DNA of 64,000 nucleotides from Lepidodermella squamata (lineage: Eukaryota > Animalia > Gastrotricha): NCBI GenBank assembly GCA_047495785.1, contig JBLDXI010000042.1:930001-994000 (forward strand), written 5' to 3'. Below are positions 62,874 through 64,000 of the stretch, piece by piece (the stretch's first letter is position 1; each line of letters starts with the position of its first letter). The translations under genes and the position numbers were made by a program. The notes under the pieces were generated by a model. It searched no databases. It saw only the letters and a program-made list of their open reading frames with translations, and had not been told where the DNA came from.

Positions 62874-64000
62874 TTAGCCAGAGCTCGGACCTTTACGTCT
62901 AGGTTCCGAAGCTATACGGCCGTCAGAACCAGCACTTGCAGCTATGCCAGCGAAGAAAGCTGCTGCAGCAGCTGTTCGATTATCCGCTCTTGCAACTAGA
63001 GACGGCGCAATCTTGCCAACTGCCAATGCTGCGGCGTCCTTAGTTGCGACACTCGCCGAAATTAACGTCACATTTCCAACCGTAATATTCATCGGTTGCG
63101 CAGCCAGGGCACTTGCTCGCAGAAACGCCGAAGCCACCGGCGAGTTGACAACCTCTTTCGCCACTTGTTTGCCCAGATTTTCCATGGCTAACGTAACATT
63201 TGTGGACTCGCCAGTTTTCGACCCAGCAAAGGACGCAACCATGGACATGATTCCTTGAATGCCGTTCTTCGTGCTATTCCCAGCATCAGCTGCTTTCGCA
63301 CTCGCCTGGCTAGCAAGTTTTTGAAAGGCCTGAACTGCGGCTGCCTGCAGGTTCTCCTTACCCTTAAAGTCCTGAATCGCCTGCCCGAAAAATCCATAAC
63401 CAGCCGGGACGCAAGCACTGCCGTTCGATGTAACATAGGGCGAGGTAATATTACCACCCTGAGCGTAGATTTTCAGCATATCAGTCTCGTTCAGCGCGAC
63501 ACAAGGCATGCCGTTCGCAGCCATTGGCACAAACTTGCCGACTTGGTCCTTGAAAACGCCGTCAAAGGCCTGTAATAGTCCTTGAACAGTTCCGTTCCTC
63601 GAAATATTCATCGGAATCGCAGCTTGGATCGCATCTAAATTAACATTTGAAGTTATCAAACTTGGCACGGCACTCGCAGCCGCCTGGCCGATATTCGCCG
63701 CAACCCCAGGTACGCCTTGTGCCAATCCGGACAAAGCAGATCCGTTGATTGCAATAGGAACGCGGTTGACTATGTCTTTGACCGCTTCTGGGTTTGATAG
63801 ATTCACAGGAATGAAAAACCCGGCCGTAGCATTCTTGAGAAGATTCCCGACCAAAGCGGTGAAGTTGACCTGGGGGGTGTTCCCCGCTGACTGTTGGACG
63901 TTGACTTGTACTCCTGATGATCCAACGCTAATACTGGACTGCAAACCAGCCAAATAGTTTTGTAACACTGAGCTCGGCTTTTGACCGTTTGCATTCGCCG
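62874..64000 (-). CDS. Ala/Gly/Asn-rich protein, 5' end outside the window, function unknown
   Basis: The frame is open from the window edge for more than 370 codons, with several N-glycosylation sequons and 2 Cys. No domain was recognised. Confidence 0.65.
   Translation of the reverse strand, partial: ANANGQKPSSVLQNYLAGLQSSISVGSSGVQVNVQQSAGNTPQVNFTALVGNLLKNATAGFFIPVNLSNPEAVKDIVNRVPIAINGSALSGLAQGVPGVAANIGQAAASAVPSLITSNVNLDAIQAAIPMNISRNGTVQGLLQAFDGVFKDQVGKFVPMAANGMPCVALNETDMLKIYAQGGNITSPYVTSNGSACVPAGYGFFGQAIQDFKGKENLQAAAVQAFQKLASQASAKAADAGNSTKNGIQGIMSMVASFAGSKTGESTNVTLAMENLGKQVAKEVVNSPVASAFLRASALAAQPMNITVGNVTLISASVATKDAAALAVGKIAPSLVARADNRTAAAAAFFAGIAASAGSDGRIASEPRRKGPSSG

Overview
Animal (invertebrate) nuclear DNA, not prokaryotic. 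It is AT-rich, with short 45-85 bp GT-AG introns, AATAAA signals, eukaryotic tRNAs and many cut-and-paste DNA transposons; the taxon cannot be fixed from the sequence. The window looks like a fast-evolving island of secreted and surface proteins. (1) Three paralogous two-exon genes (1854-2475, 10009-10425, 52418-52734) encode signal-peptide polyproteins. Each carries 2-4 mostly cationic single-disulfide C-x18/19-C peptides separated by acidic spacers ending in EEASR/QEASR/EEAAR, similar to the spider processing quadruplet motif. This is the best candidate for an undescribed antimicrobial or toxin peptide family. (2) Two small secreted PAN/apple-like genes sit head-to-head with the first two peptide genes. 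(3) A trypsin-CCP(x4)-trypsin protease gene has a decayed first protease domain. (4) A GPI-type Ly6/three-finger gene. (5) Two small clusters of mostly degenerate tRNAs. (6) An intact 8-exon gene of the bacterial-type rifampicin-phosphotransferase/PigC (PEP-utilising) family. (7) A ~24 kb birth-and-death array of about nine EB-module Cys-rich genes and pseudogenes. (8) An intact pogo element, a dead internally duplicated pogo, an intact two-gene PIF/Harbinger, and many MITEs with readable target-site duplications (TSDs). Gene models were spliced by eye, so boundaries may be off by a few bases.
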